This document shows positions 26,026 to 37,945 of a DNA stretch of 64,000 nt, piece after piece. Source of the stretch: Blepharisma stoltei ATCC 30299 (lineage: Eukaryota > Protista > Ciliophora); the NCBI GenBank assembly GCA_965603825.1, contig CBFDEM010000063.1, forward strand, positions 496,001 through 560,000. The letters are read 5' to 3'. The notes beneath the pieces were generated by a model. That model was not told the origin of the DNA. It did not search any database and saw nothing but the letters and a program-made list of their open reading frames with translations. Within the stretch, counting starts at the first letter, position 1. Each line of letters begins with the position of its first letter. A program made the position numbers and the translations under genes.

Positions 26026-27102
26026 ATGAAACACTTCATCTGCAGAGCATTTGGAAAATACACAGTCAAAGCGCCTACAAATATCGCGCTTATCAAGTAC
26101 TGGGGCAAGTCCAACGAAGACATAAACCTCCCTCTCAACTCCTCAATAAGTTTGACTGTCGACATTGAACAATTTTTTACACAAACTACCATTGAATTAA
26201 ATGATGAAAAAAACCAGCTTATCCTCAACAATGAGCCAGCTGAGATCACAGGAAGAATTTCTCGTGTGATTAACATGCTGAAGTCTCTGACAAAACCAGA
26301 AAATTTAGAAAAAAAAATAAAAATCGAGTCTTGCAATAATTTTCCGACTGCCGCGGGAATGGCAAGCTCAGCTTCTGGACTGGCAGCTCTGACCTTTGGA
26401 CTGGCAAAAGCATATAAGGTAAATATTAGTATGGAAGAATTGTCAGGAATCGCAAGACTTGGCTCTGGGAGCGCCTCACGCAGCTTTTTTGGCGGAATTG
26501 TCGAATGAAGTGCAGGTGACTCTCATGAAAAAAGCATCGCAAGGCAGCTTTATGAAAATTCCCATTGGGACGAGTTAAGACTACTAGTAATATTAACTGA
26601 TTTAGAAAAGAAAAAAATTTCCAGCACAAATGCAATGAAATTAAACAGAAAAATGCTACTTGAAAGGGCCAATGAAAGAGTCCCAATTCGTATAGAAAAC
26701 TTAAAAAAAGCTTTAGAAGCCAAAGATTTTGAAAATTTAGCTAAAATTACTATGGAAGAAAGTGATGATTTGCATTATGTGATTGAGGCGGCTAATGTGA
26801 AATACCTGAATGCTAAAAGTGAAGAAATTAAAAAACTTATCCATGGCTTTAATTCACAAGGAATCCGTGCTGCTTATACCTTTGACGCTGGCCCAAATCC
26901 TTTTATATTGACTAGGAAGCAGGATATTAATGACTTAGTCAGTCATTTATTGATAAGCCTAAAATTAAGATCCCACAACGACTTAAAATTGCATGGGCAG
27001 CTGCCGAATGATCCTTTCCTATTTTTACAAAGCAGTGCAACTATTCCAGTCTTTGGGATAATTGAAAGCAAAATATCAAGGACAGGGCCTATTTTACTTT
27101 AA
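26026..27102 (+). CDS. MVD: diphosphomevalonate decarboxylase
   Basis: APTNIALIKYWGK, NFPTAAGMASSASG, RLGSGSASRS, VE-TGA(W) and AYTFDAGPN motifs. The two halves are in frame across TGA at 26506. Confidence 0.96.
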
Positions 27103-27126
27103 TTTATTAGAAATTTATGAAATAGG

Positions 27127-27875
27127 TTACTTATTTGTGGTATTAATAAATTTCCCTTTCATGATTTGCACCATCAGTTCTTTGTCCATAAATTCATAGT
27201 CTTTTGGAATGTAGAGCCTATGCCTTTCTTCTTGGTAATATTTTACCCATGGTTTATTTTTGGCATCGTCAGGGATTTCGAAATAGGATACTTCAGTAGG
27301 AAATAAATCGTCTTTCAGCCTTATAGAGTCTTCGTATTTTATAGGCGGAGTTAAAAAGTTAATAGGCATTGTATAAAAGTATTTTTTGCTTCTTCTTCCA
27401 AGCCAACTTAAATACCCAATATCTATATGAATTCCATCTCTATTAAGCTTTACTTCATGGATAGTAATTGATTGATGAGCCAAAATCGCCCAATTTCTCC
27501 ACAGACTATACACCCCATAAAATAAGAACACAGGCAAACACAATGGCTCTTGATTAACTCTATTTGACAATTACATGGCCATGGATTCTTTGCTAAAAGA
27601 AAAAAACTTCCTATTGTTGTAGTGAGACGTCCTAAGAACCTCCCCATTGTTTTCATAAATGTAGGCTGATAGGAGTACACAAGGAGGCTTCCACTTTCAT
27701 CAAATTCAAGAATTTTAGATGGGCTGTAAACATTGACTCTATTTTGAAGTTACTGAGAAGGCTTTTCACGTAACGGTTTTGGCTCCCAAGGGTTTACAAG
27801 TTTTTTTGCAGGGGATTTGACTGTTTTCTTTGTATTGACTAAGGACCCAAAGTTCTTTAATACAGCTTTGAGCAT
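27127..27875 (-). CDS. probable mitochondrial two-TM membrane protein, two tiny introns
   Basis: Basic N-terminus MLKAVLKNFGSL. One open frame of 238 aa results after removing introns 27739-27753 (15 nt) and 27558-27574 (17 nt). Confidence 0.65.
27558..27574 (-). other. putative 17-nt intron (alternative 15-nt acceptor creates a stop)
   Basis: GTAATTGTCAAATAGAG. Only the 17-nt form joins the two reading frames. Confidence 0.55.
27739..27753 (-). other. 15-nt spliceosomal intron
   Basis: GTAACTTCAAAATAG with A at position -6. Removal deletes an in-frame TAA. Confidence 0.85.
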
Positions 27876-27926
27876 ATTTAATCAAATAGGGTAGATATTT
27901 GTATACTTTTCATATACAAAATTAAA

Positions 27927-28739
27927 ATGGGATACCAAGCCCCTAGTCAGCTTTCATGCGAAATCAGCCTTTACATTCCTACTTATTTTCAGAACACAAC
28001 CTTAATAGCTCATCTAAACAGAAAAAATATCCCATATATCGTATTTTCTTCAGAAAAACACCACCCTAATTCTATTTTATTCTATCGGCATACTATTTCT
28101 TCCAAGGTAAACTCAGAAGAATTTTTAGTAAATAATAAAAAAGTCCTTGCGATATTATTAGAAGGCGATTTTAGTGACGAAAAAGAACTCCTGGAAGATT
28201 ATTTATCAATTTACTATAAAAATAAAATCCGAGTAATTTTGGTTCTGCAAGGGCTAAAAGAGGCCTTAGAAACAGTCCAATTTACACAGAGAAAAGGGTT
28301 CACCCATGAAACTTATGCAGAATGGGTAGCCCAAATGATGATAAAAGGGGTTGATTGTATAGAAACTGAGAATTTCCGAGATACTGCAGATTATTTAGAA
28401 AGGGTTATTAACACCTTAAATAATGGGCCATATAGACCTCTTCCTACTGTTTTTCATTTACAGTCTCGAAAGCTCTCAGTAAATCATAATATACCCAAAT
28501 CTTCAGCTTTGTGAGCAAGTCAACTGATAAATATTCCTGGAATTTCTGAAAGTAAGGCAAAATCCATTATTGATATGTACCCAACTTTAAGCTCGCTGAT
28601 GGAAGCTTATGAAAATGAAGAAAAATCAGAAGCAGAAAAGAAATTAATTTTGGCACAGATTGGGGAGAGAAAGGAGAAAAAAAATTCAAGCAAAATTTAT
28701 AGGTTTTATACAAGTAAAAATCCTGATGAAATTTTGTAA
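27927..28739 (+). CDS. EME1/MMS4-like ERCC4-family protein with HhH tail
   Basis: After TGA=Trp at 28512: WASQLINIPGISESKAKSIIDMYPTLSSLMEAY...SSKIYRFYTSKNP, typical of the EME1 C-terminus. Confidence 0.75.
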
Positions 28740-30181
28740 GAATTTTAATTTAAATTATTTTTTCGGTTTTATTAACAATTGGATTAATTAAGCTGCATTA
28801 TTTTGCACAATTTTTTGCTTGATTATTACTCTGAGCAATTAATGACAGATAAACCTGAAGCTAATTTGGGTTTGAAAATTTTCTTTCAGAAAATTACGCA
28901 CCTTGATTGCAAAATTTCAAGTTTAAAATAGGATTCATAATTAGACTTAAGAAATCAGCAGGGTCTCGGAAAACATAACACAGAGATTCATAGTCTCTTC
29001 TATTAAAATAAATTATCAATTTTTTTCAAATAAAATATATTTAAACGTATTAGTCTTATTAGGAAATTCCTTTTTAATATTTCATATCACCCTAAATTTA
29101 TCAAATACTGAACTTTTATCTTTAAATGAAAAATTTCGAATATTCTTACTAAAGATGGTAATTTGTGAGGTTTGGAGTTGAGGAATAAGGCTTAAGGGTT
29201 CTTCATTAATAACGCAATTAATTAAATATAATGTAAAATATACTAGTTGCATACAATAAATGCCTTCATGCCATTCACTATAACATATTACCAATAAAAG
29301 CTCTCAAGTATTTTATTTAGTTTTAGCATTTTCATATCAAATTAACATTCCTAAAATAGTGATCTTCCTTAGAATAACCTATTCAAATTTTCATAGACGA
29401 AGACTTTCTATCATCAAGCTAATTCATTAAAATATTAGCCAGATATTACTTTATTAAAGACTTTAAACGTTTTTCTTCTCATTTTAATCTTGATCTTCTC
29501 ATAAAAAGGTGAATTATTTGCTTCAGCTTATGTTACGTTTCTTTCTTCGGATTAAGTAAATAATGAGCTTGCTGATACATCAGGCCTAGTTCTTCTTCTA
29601 TCTGCTTTTGCTTATTGGCTTCTTCCTTTTGGCTTCATATTCTTGTCTCTCTTCATAAGCATAAAATTTTCTTTTTCTTTTAAATTGCTCCTTTTCATCT
29701 CAAATCTTTAGCTATCTTAGCATAGAAGCCTCATATAAGCTTTTATTCAGAGCTCTTGCAATTGTCCTTTCAGTTTCATTATTTTATTAAGCTCTTCATA
29801 ACTCGAACTTTTAAAATTAGCCGTTTTTATAAAATTAAGCCTTTCAAACCCATCATCGCAATTTCAAATAATTCTTCAAGTCTCAACAATTTCAATAATA
29901 AGGCAAATATCAGCTTCGTATAATTATTATTTTGCTTAAAACTATATTTTGCAAGTAAATTCTTAACTAAAATTAATTATTTTTTAAAATCATTTAATTA
30001 GGCCTTATAAAGCTGCTGAGACTTGTCCAAATTCTCACGGTCAAATATTTCAATTTGCTTTTGATCACCTATGAAAAATTTTAGGAAAAAGTGTGCTGTT
30101 TTGCATGTATCTTCTTGAAAGTCTGCCATATTTTTATGGATAAAACGGCTAAGAGAAATCTAGCGATTATAATAAATACAA

Positions 30182-32335
30182 ATGAAAATCGCTATCTTAC
30201 TTATACTCAGCTTAACTGCGTTTGGGATAAGAAATGATGTGTACAAGTCAATGTTCTTACAGCAAGACAGTGCTACAACTTCCACGACTAGTTCTGTGTC
30301 ATCAGCGGAAGCATCTGCATATGTAGAAGAGGCAGCATCTGAAGTTAGTTCAACAACTGAAGAAGCAAGTGAAGAAGCAGAAACATACGTTGAGAGTGGA
30401 GAAGCAGAAGCTGATGCTGAAGAAGCTGAATCTACTGCTGAAGAAGCAGCTGAAACAACTGAAGAAGCAGCTGAAGAAGTTGAAGAAGAAGCTGAAACAG
30501 CTGAAGAAGAATCTAGTGAATCAACTGAATCAACTGAATCAACTGAAACAACTGAAACAACTGAAACAACTGAAACAACTGAAACAACTGAAACTACCTT
30601 TTTCATTCAAGAAGAAATTTTAAGCTACTCTGAAGCCAAAGCTGCTGCTCAAGAATATGTTGAAAGTGGAGAAGCCGAAAGCGACGCTTATGCAGCTGAA
30701 GCAACTGTTGATTATTACTTTGAATCTGGAGAAGCTGAATCCGATGCTGAAGCAACAGAAGCAGATGCTGACCAATATGTTGAATCAGGAGAAGCATCAG
30801 CCGATGCAGCAAAAGTTGAAGAAGCCGCTGAAGAGTATGTTGAGAGTGGAGAAGCAGCACAAGATGCCGAAAAAGCAGACCAAGCTAAAGATGAAGCTGC
30901 TGAAGATGCTGGTGAAGAAGCTGCAGAATATGTTGAATCAGGAGAAGCTGAAGCAGACGCTCAAGAAGCTGAAGCTGCCGCAGAAGCTGCAGAAGCTGAT
31001 GCCGAAGCTGATGCTGAAGCTGAAGATGAAACTGCAACATCTTTCGTACAACTTGAAGAAATTTACAGTTACTCTGAACTTAAAGCTGCCGCTCAAGAAT
31101 ACGTAGAATCAGGACAAGCTGAAAGCGATGCTCAAACAGCCTCAGTCGAAGCTGAAGCATATGTTGAATCTGGAGAAGCAGAAGCCGATGCTGAAGCCGC
31201 TGAAGCTGATGCCGACCAATATGTCGAATCAGGACAAGCATCTGCCGATGCAGCACAAGCTGAAGAAGCCGCTGAAGAATACGTTGAAAGCGGACAAGCA
31301 GCAGAAGATGCCGAAAAAGCTGATGAAGCCCACGATGAAGCAGTTGAAGCCGCTGGCGACGAAGCTGCAGAATACGTTGAATCAGGAGAAGCTGAAGCAG
31401 ACGCTCAAGAAGCTGAAGCTGCCGCAGAAGCTGCAGAAGCTGATGCTGAAGCTGAAGATGAAGCTGCAACCTCTTTCGTACAACTTGAAGAAATTTACAG
31501 CTACTCTGAACTTAAAGCTGCCGCTCAAGAATACGTAGAATCTGGACAAGCTGAAAGCGATGCTCAAACTGCCTCAGTCGAAGCTGAAGCATATGTTGAA
31601 TCTGGAGAAGCAGAAGCTGATGCTGAAGCCGCCGAAGCTGATGCCGACCAATATGTCGAATCAGGACAAGCCTCAGCCGATGCAGCACAAGCTGAAGAAG
31701 CCGCTGAAGAATACGTTGAAAGCGGACAAGCAGCAGAAGATGCCGAAAAAGTTGATGAAGCCTACGATGAAGCAGTTGAAGCCGCTGGCGACGAAGCTGC
31801 AGAATACGTTGAATCAGGAGAAGCTGAAGCAGACGCTCAAGAAGCTGAAGCTGCCGCAGAAGCTGCAGAAGCTGATGCTGAAGCTGAAGATGAAGCAACC
31901 ACAACTCTCTTCTTACAAACAGAAGAAGAAATTTACAGTTACTCTGAGATTAAAGCCGCAGTTCAAGATTACATAGGATCAGGACAAGCTGAAACTGATG
32001 CTCAGGAAGCTTCAGTTGCAATTCAAAGCTATGTTGAATCTGGAGAAGCCGAAGCTGACTATGAAGCAGCTGAAGCTGATGCTGAAGCCTATGTCTCATC
32101 AGGACAAGCAGAATCAGACGCAGCAGAGGCTGAGGCAGCTGCTGAGGAGTACGTAGAATCTGGACAAGCAGCTGAAGATGCTGAAAAAATCGATGATGCA
32201 GAGGATGAAGCAGCTAAAGAAGCAGCAAAAGACACTTATGAATACGTTGATAGTGGAGAAGCAGAAGCAGATGCTGAGGCAGCAGAAGAAGCAGCTGAGG
32301 AGGTAGAAGAAGATATCGAAGATGAAACAGAATAA
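30182..32335 (+). CDS. secreted, extremely acidic Glu/Ala repeat polyprotein (717 aa)
   Basis: Signal peptide followed by five modules, each preceded by F[LIV]Q. Recurrent YVESG[EQ]A motif. Confidence 0.85.
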   Translation: MKIAILLILSLTAFGIRNDVYKSMFLQQDSATTSTTSSVSSAEASAYVEEAASEVSSTTEEASEEAETYVESGEAEADAEEAESTAEEAAETTEEAAEEVEEEAETAEEESSESTESTESTETTETTETTETTETTETTFFIQEEILSYSEAKAAAQEYVESGEAESDAYAAEATVDYYFESGEAESDAEATEADADQYVESGEASADAAKVEEAAEEYVESGEAAQDAEKADQAKDEAAEDAGEEAAEYVESGEAEADAQEAEAAAEAAEADAEADAEAEDETATSFVQLEEIYSYSELKAAAQEYVESGQAESDAQTASVEAEAYVESGEAEADAEAAEADADQYVESGQASADAAQAEEAAEEYVESGQAAEDAEKADEAHDEAVEAAGDEAAEYVESGEAEADAQEAEAAAEAAEADAEAEDEAATSFVQLEEIYSYSELKAAAQEYVESGQAESDAQTASVEAEAYVESGEAEADAEAAEADADQYVESGQASADAAQAEEAAEEYVESGQAAEDAEKVDEAYDEAVEAAGDEAAEYVESGEAEADAQEAEAAAEAAEADAEAEDEATTTLFLQTEEEIYSYSEIKAAVQDYIGSGQAETDAQEASVAIQSYVESGEAEADYEAAEADAEAYVSSGQAESDAAEAEAAAEEYVESGQAAEDAEKIDDAEDEAAKEAAKDTYEYVDSGEAEADAEAAEEAAEEVEEDIEDETE
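30524..30596 (+). repeat. 9-nt coding minisatellite (ACTGAA[AT]CA)n encoding STE/TTE
   Basis: Directly visible tandem repeat. Confidence 0.9.
31040..31903 (+). repeat. near-identical 432-nt coding tandem repeat (2 copies, with diverged copies flanking)
   Basis: TCTTTCGTACAACTTGAAGAA at 31040 and 31472. Confidence 0.9.
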
Positions 32336-32577
32336 ATGGAAAAACCTAGAAGATAATTAATATAATTTTACTTTATTTCAAATCCATAGCTTTAAATTAA
32401 TAAATTCTAGTCAGAAATTGTAAATAAAAATTTTTAAGCTTAATAAATTAATTAATTATTTGATATTAAGTTATTCTTTAGTAATAATTAAATTTTTGGA
32501 ATAACAGTATAATAAGAATCCTTAAGATTTACTAGTTTTCTAGTTAATTTTACCCTTATTTTTAAACTTTTCGTTAA

Positions 32578-33783
32578 TTAAAAGCTGAGAAATGCTAATC
32601 CAAGTCCTATCAACGACAGATAAACTCCACTATCATCATCCATCTTTGCATTAGATAATGCAAAGCCTAATCTTTGGTTATCCATGTCAAAATTGATATA
32701 GTATCTTCTAATGAACGAGTCTCCTAAAAGCCAATAATCATCTTCTTGTGGAAAGATAATTAATAAATATTTTCCCTTGACTTTATACATATAGTCGTGT
32801 GGTGCTAATTCCAAAGTAATTCCTGCTGCTTGGAAATAGATGCTTGGGAGTTCTGAAGAGATTTTATCGCAAAAGATAAGTCCTTCACCATCTTGCTTGC
32901 ATCCAAAAGTTTTAGAGCTTGTAAGAAATGCAGAAATCGCAGTTACATCTTTAAGAGGTGCATATATGAAACTTGTTCCTGTATCAATAATCCCAGTAAT
33001 AGCAATATCAAGAATGGTTGTTCCAAAAAGAGTTTGGGTGAAAGAAATTTCCCAAAAATCAGGAGGATTTTTGGCTACTAAGTCGACATAAATAAAAGCA
33101 GTCTGATTAGAGTATTTTGCTAGATCATACCCTTCAACCATAAGGTTTGACTGTGGTGAGCTTCCTTCATAGTTTAAGAAAAATGCGAAAGTCCTTGATG
33201 TGATTTTCTTTTGGGTTTGTAATACCGTCATCAGTGAAGGATATCCCTGTCCCAAATCGTCAAATGCAAAACCAATGAGGCCATCTGGAGCGAACCCTGT
33301 ATCGTTTGTTTCCTTGGTAGCCATTAAAAAGGCGTATTGAGTAGCATTTAGAACTGTGGAGTCACCAATTCCAACGACATCCGAAACCATTTCTCCTGAA
33401 GTTGAGCCAATCCCATATTCAATATCCATGGTCGCATCTAAATCTTTGAAAGTTGAGGACTTTGTAGGGTCATAAGTTTGATCACATTTGTGGCAATCTT
33501 CGCAGCCTTTTTTAACTACCCACAATGTGGTGCTTCCAGTGTCGTATTGACAGGTGAATTTTTTGGCTGGAGTGCCAATAGAAATAACTCCATAATAAAT
33601 TGTCTAAGTAGAAAATACATCGTCTCCATTTTTCAACATTGATGAGGTGCCAGCTTCTAATAAATTCTTTGCCCTGACTTTTTGGAAATGCTCCCAATGT
33701 TCTTCGTTTGATTTAAAGTGAGTGTCAAGGTCAATAGAAATCGATGCAAAAACTGCTGGGAGAATAAAATAGAGGAATTGCAT
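32578..33783 (-). CDS. pepsin-family (A1) aspartic protease, probable GPI/TM tail, one intron
   Basis: Signal peptide MQFLYFILPAVFA. After splicing it has YYGVISIGTP..YDTGS, a second IDTGT and WLLGDSF; 396 aa. Confidence 0.93.
33604..33618 (-). other. 15-nt spliceosomal intron
   Basis: GTATTTTCTACTTAG with A at position -6. Removal deletes an in-frame TAG and joins the signal/propeptide to the catalytic domain. Confidence 0.92.
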
Positions 33784-35708
33784 TTTATTATGGTGAAATT
33801 TTAGGCTTGATGACATGGTTACAAAAATGACGATAAAAATCTAACAATTTTAATTTGAAGAAAAAAGCTGATAATTGGAATGGGAATGATATATTGAATA
33901 AAACTAAAAAGTTTGTGAGGAATAAGAAAATAGAGAGGAGAAAAAATAGATATTATTTTAGAAAAATTCTTTGGCACAGTTTTTTTGGTTTCAACTAAAT
34001 CGAAAAAAAATGCTTGAAAGAAATAGAAGATAAATGCAATTATAAAAGAAAATTCTGTCCAATTTGCATACATAATTGAAGGTTTTCAATCCATTTTCAA
34101 CACTTTATATTTTATTAATTTTATTCACCATTTACTCAAAGTCAAATAAGAATTCTAAAGTTTTAATTTTCATAGATTATAATTGCTATTATTTTTTATC
34201 AATTTTGAAATAAAGTTAAAGCGATTTTGCTATAAATTGCAGAAATTTGTTAGATTTTAGGAGTGAAAATGATTAAATTTCAAAGAATGAAGGCAATTAG
34301 ATAATATTTCTTATTATAAGGATTAAAAGGTTAGATTAATTATTAAAATAGATATAGTGAGGAGCCAAAAAACAGATTAATATAAAATCATTATGCGCCT
34401 CTCTGCTAAATATCCTAGATTTTTTATATAAATAATTAAAAAACCAAGAAAAATTTGAAAATACAAAAATAATTTATCATAAGAAATTTCTAAGTAACTC
34501 TGCAAGGATAGGAGATTTAGGGAGGGAAACTCTCTATTGTTTGTCGATTTCAAGTCATAAAACCAACTAGAGAAGGTTCATTTGCCAACCAGTCAGTCTC
34601 CTGCTCTTACAGGAAATTCTTATATTTAAAGAGAGTTCGTTTTCATTGGCTGCGCCTACCTCATTGATGCCCTGCAGAGTTTCAGAGATTATCATTCTCA
34701 AGCCTGGCCGAAATACCCTGCTTTTTCTAGATATGCTGTCTAAGATCTCCTAAATTTCCAATCCACGCGCAACCTAAGTTTCACCAAACTCCCTTCCAAT
34801 GCGAGAACGCCTACATAAACTGGCTATTATCAACTGAATAGACTCCCATTTTGCCATCAAACTTACATCCCCTTTTTCAGATCATCTTGAGGAAGAATTC
34901 AACAGCTTTTCCATTCAGTGCTAGTTACAGTAGCAACTTAGGCAAGTAAGTCACCCTGTCTCATGTCTAGCATCCATCGAGTTTGGTGCTCTGGCAAAAA
35001 AGTTGAATTTATCTGCCCAAAAAGCCAGAACCAAAACCAACAGCTTTCGTTCTTGCGTCTCTCTTCTCAAGACTGCTAATAACATGGTTAAAAACCACTA
35101 AAAATCATGCTCGGCGTATATAAGGACCTATGTCATAGAGGGACAGGCCATTCATCTTCAGATTTATTTATATAAAAATGCAAAAATAATTGAATTTTTT
35201 AATAGTTAAATACATGCACTACAGGATCCTCAATCTATAGCAAAATCTATACTGACAATATCAGTATTTTCTACAAGCTCTTCTTATAAGTTAGAAAGAC
35301 GACTGAAGCAACAAAAAAATTCAGCAGCTATAGCTAATAAATTCCAACGCTTAAAACATAATTTCACGAAAAGGGTTGCAGTCCGTTTAAAATCGTTCTC
35401 AGTAATCTGCATTATTTTATCATCAAAAGAGAACCACTTATCATCTAGAATTTGGGTAATGCCTTTATTAGTATTACTGGAGTCCCAATACTGTTTCCCC
35501 TCTTTTCCTTTCACTTGCTAGTAAACAATAATAGAAAAATGCTTGATGTGCATTAGTTCTTCCTTAATTTTCTTTATATTAATTTAAAGAAAAGGATTAT
35601 TGGTGAATTATTTTTGGATAGAGCTCTCTTAATGCATCCTGACGAACACTATGCTAACATTTCTATATAATAAAATTTACTGAGAGAAAAGATTCTAAAT
35701 CGTTGTTA

Positions 35709-36597
35709 TTAGTGTCTATATGTCACTTCAAATTTTAATTCTCTCCATATGGTGTTATTAGTCCCATTTCCATCATCAAAAGTTGTAAATCTCTCAGTAC
35801 CCGCGACTCCTTCACCTGATTTATTTTTTCAATCTTTTGTCAAGCTATGAAATTTTCATTTCGCATCCCAAAAGCCACAATTATCAGGCTCAAAACGCTT
35901 TTTTCATTTTTCCATAGGGCAGCAAGAGCATACTGAGGTCAAAGAAAACACTCCATATCCATGGCATGAGATAACATTCTTCACAATTTTCATTTTTACA
36001 TTGACCGATAAAACAGATGCCTGGTCTGACATGCCTCCATGGAGGGGCAGTTTCACTAAAGTCAATTTCTATTCTATTTTCAAAGTTATTAAAGTCATAT
36101 AATTTCGCTAGCGCAAAACCTCCCCCAACCTTATAGGGTGTAACAGTAATCGTGTCATTATCCTTGATATTAATGTCAGGCCAATTATAATTTGCTGGAC
36201 TTCATACAATTTTATTTTCTAAATGCCAAGTCTGATTTCTAATTGGAATTCCAAATTTATTCCTAATATAAAGTTTTAATCATCTAATGGACTTGCCATT
36301 ATGAACTTCTATAACTTCACATTTTTCTAAAGGCTTTAAAATAATTCTGCAGGGCATCGAAACTTAATATTAGTCTGCAAATCTTCAATCATAACAAGCT
36401 CAAGAGGGTTTTGCAAATTCATAGTTTTCGTATCATAATCGTTCACTTCATCCCCTTTGTGATAATACATTTGAAGCCGAGATGGAATGCCAGATATTTC
36501 TTCAACTTGCTTTTTTATAGAGCAGACTGAACCAGAATCTTCTGGAACGTTAATGACGTATTCCGCATAAAGGGATCTAATGATTATACTTGAAATT
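35709..36597 (-). pseudogene. pseudogenised copy of the ubiquitin-like fusion gene
   Basis: Colinear with 37946-38839, but the start ATG is changed to ATT and there are frame-disrupting indels. Confidence 0.8.
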
Positions 36598-37945
36598 CTA
36601 CAATTATTAGCGAAAAATGCATTTCCAAAAAAGAGGTCAAACGATTCGCACTAATATTAAAAATTAGTTTAGAAATTATGATTATGATTTGAAATCCATG
36701 TCAGTCTATTCATTATTATAATTAATCCTTATGATTTGTGATTGCTTATAAATAATTGTTGTCTTCGTTATGCAAAGCCGCCTCAAATATCACTATAAAC
36801 GATAAAATTTTAATTAAAATATAAAATGTACCAATTCTTGTAATGTATGCAATTGGTAGCAAATCTTTATGGTCTCATTTTTGATTCCATAACTTTAATC
36901 CCAATATTCACTATCGACATTTTCTTGTTTCTGCAAAGTTATTAGGAAATTGTAGATAAAGCTATTATCAGCAGGTTAGCATATAATATTTTTATGACTC
37001 TCCATAGAGTCAAAAACCACGTTAAATATTATAATTAGCAGCTTGGTATATTTTTTATTAGTTTTCACCTAGATCAATTTTTCTTTGCTTTGGTTTAATT
37101 TTTAGCCCTAAATGAATGCTTGAATAAGAAAACTTACCTAAATAATCTATTTAAGGCTTTATTCATAATAAGCAAATTTATCCAAAGGCTTAAAATTAGA
37201 ATTAGATGATAATTTAATGCCAAAAGCTCATAAGAAATGGCATTTAAGTCAATAATGCACCTTATTATAAACTTTTTGTGTTAGTTTATTTATTCTAAAA
37301 TTCATGCATGATTAGAATCAGAAGATAAACCATTTTCCTATTGCCAATATGATAGTTTTAAATATTTATGATTATCATTGATCAAGCAAATGGAATATTT
37401 AAAATGATGGCACTCGAGTTTTCTGTTATCTTGGACCAAAATTCACGGTATCATATTTTTTTTCAAAATTATCTTTATCTGGTGAACTAATCCCAGCTGT
37501 GGCAGAGTAGCAAAAGTTTGCTAAACTGTGTAGAAATTATGAGCTTTAGATTATTCTTAAGAGCAGCAGCTACATCTAATGAATCCCAATACTCAAAATA
37601 TAATACGTGAAAAAAATTGCAACCATTTGAAGTTGCTCTAAGTAGCCTACATTATTTTATCATCAAAACAGAATAACTTATCAGCTAGAAGCTGGGTAGT
37701 GCCTTTATTAATATTCTTGCTGTCCCTAATACTTTTTCCTCTTTTCTTTTCCTTTTAGTCATTATAAACAATAAGGGGAAATGCTTGCTGCATTAGCTCT
37801 TACTTCATTTCGTTTATATAAATTTAAAAACTTTGGGTTATTGGTGATTTATTTTTGGATAAAGTTCTCTTAATACTGCCTGGCGAGCATCATGCTAAAA
37901 TTTTTAAATAATAAAATTCCTTAAAGAAAGGATTTTAAATCGTTA

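Noticed and set aside
29330-29900. Possible decayed coiled-coil gene on the minus strand
   Set aside because: No continuous frame or motif could be established by eye.
30160-31976. Multiple L/K/Q-rich and antisense ORFs overlapping the acidic repeat gene
   Set aside because: Shadow frames of GAA/GCT-rich repetitive coding sequence.
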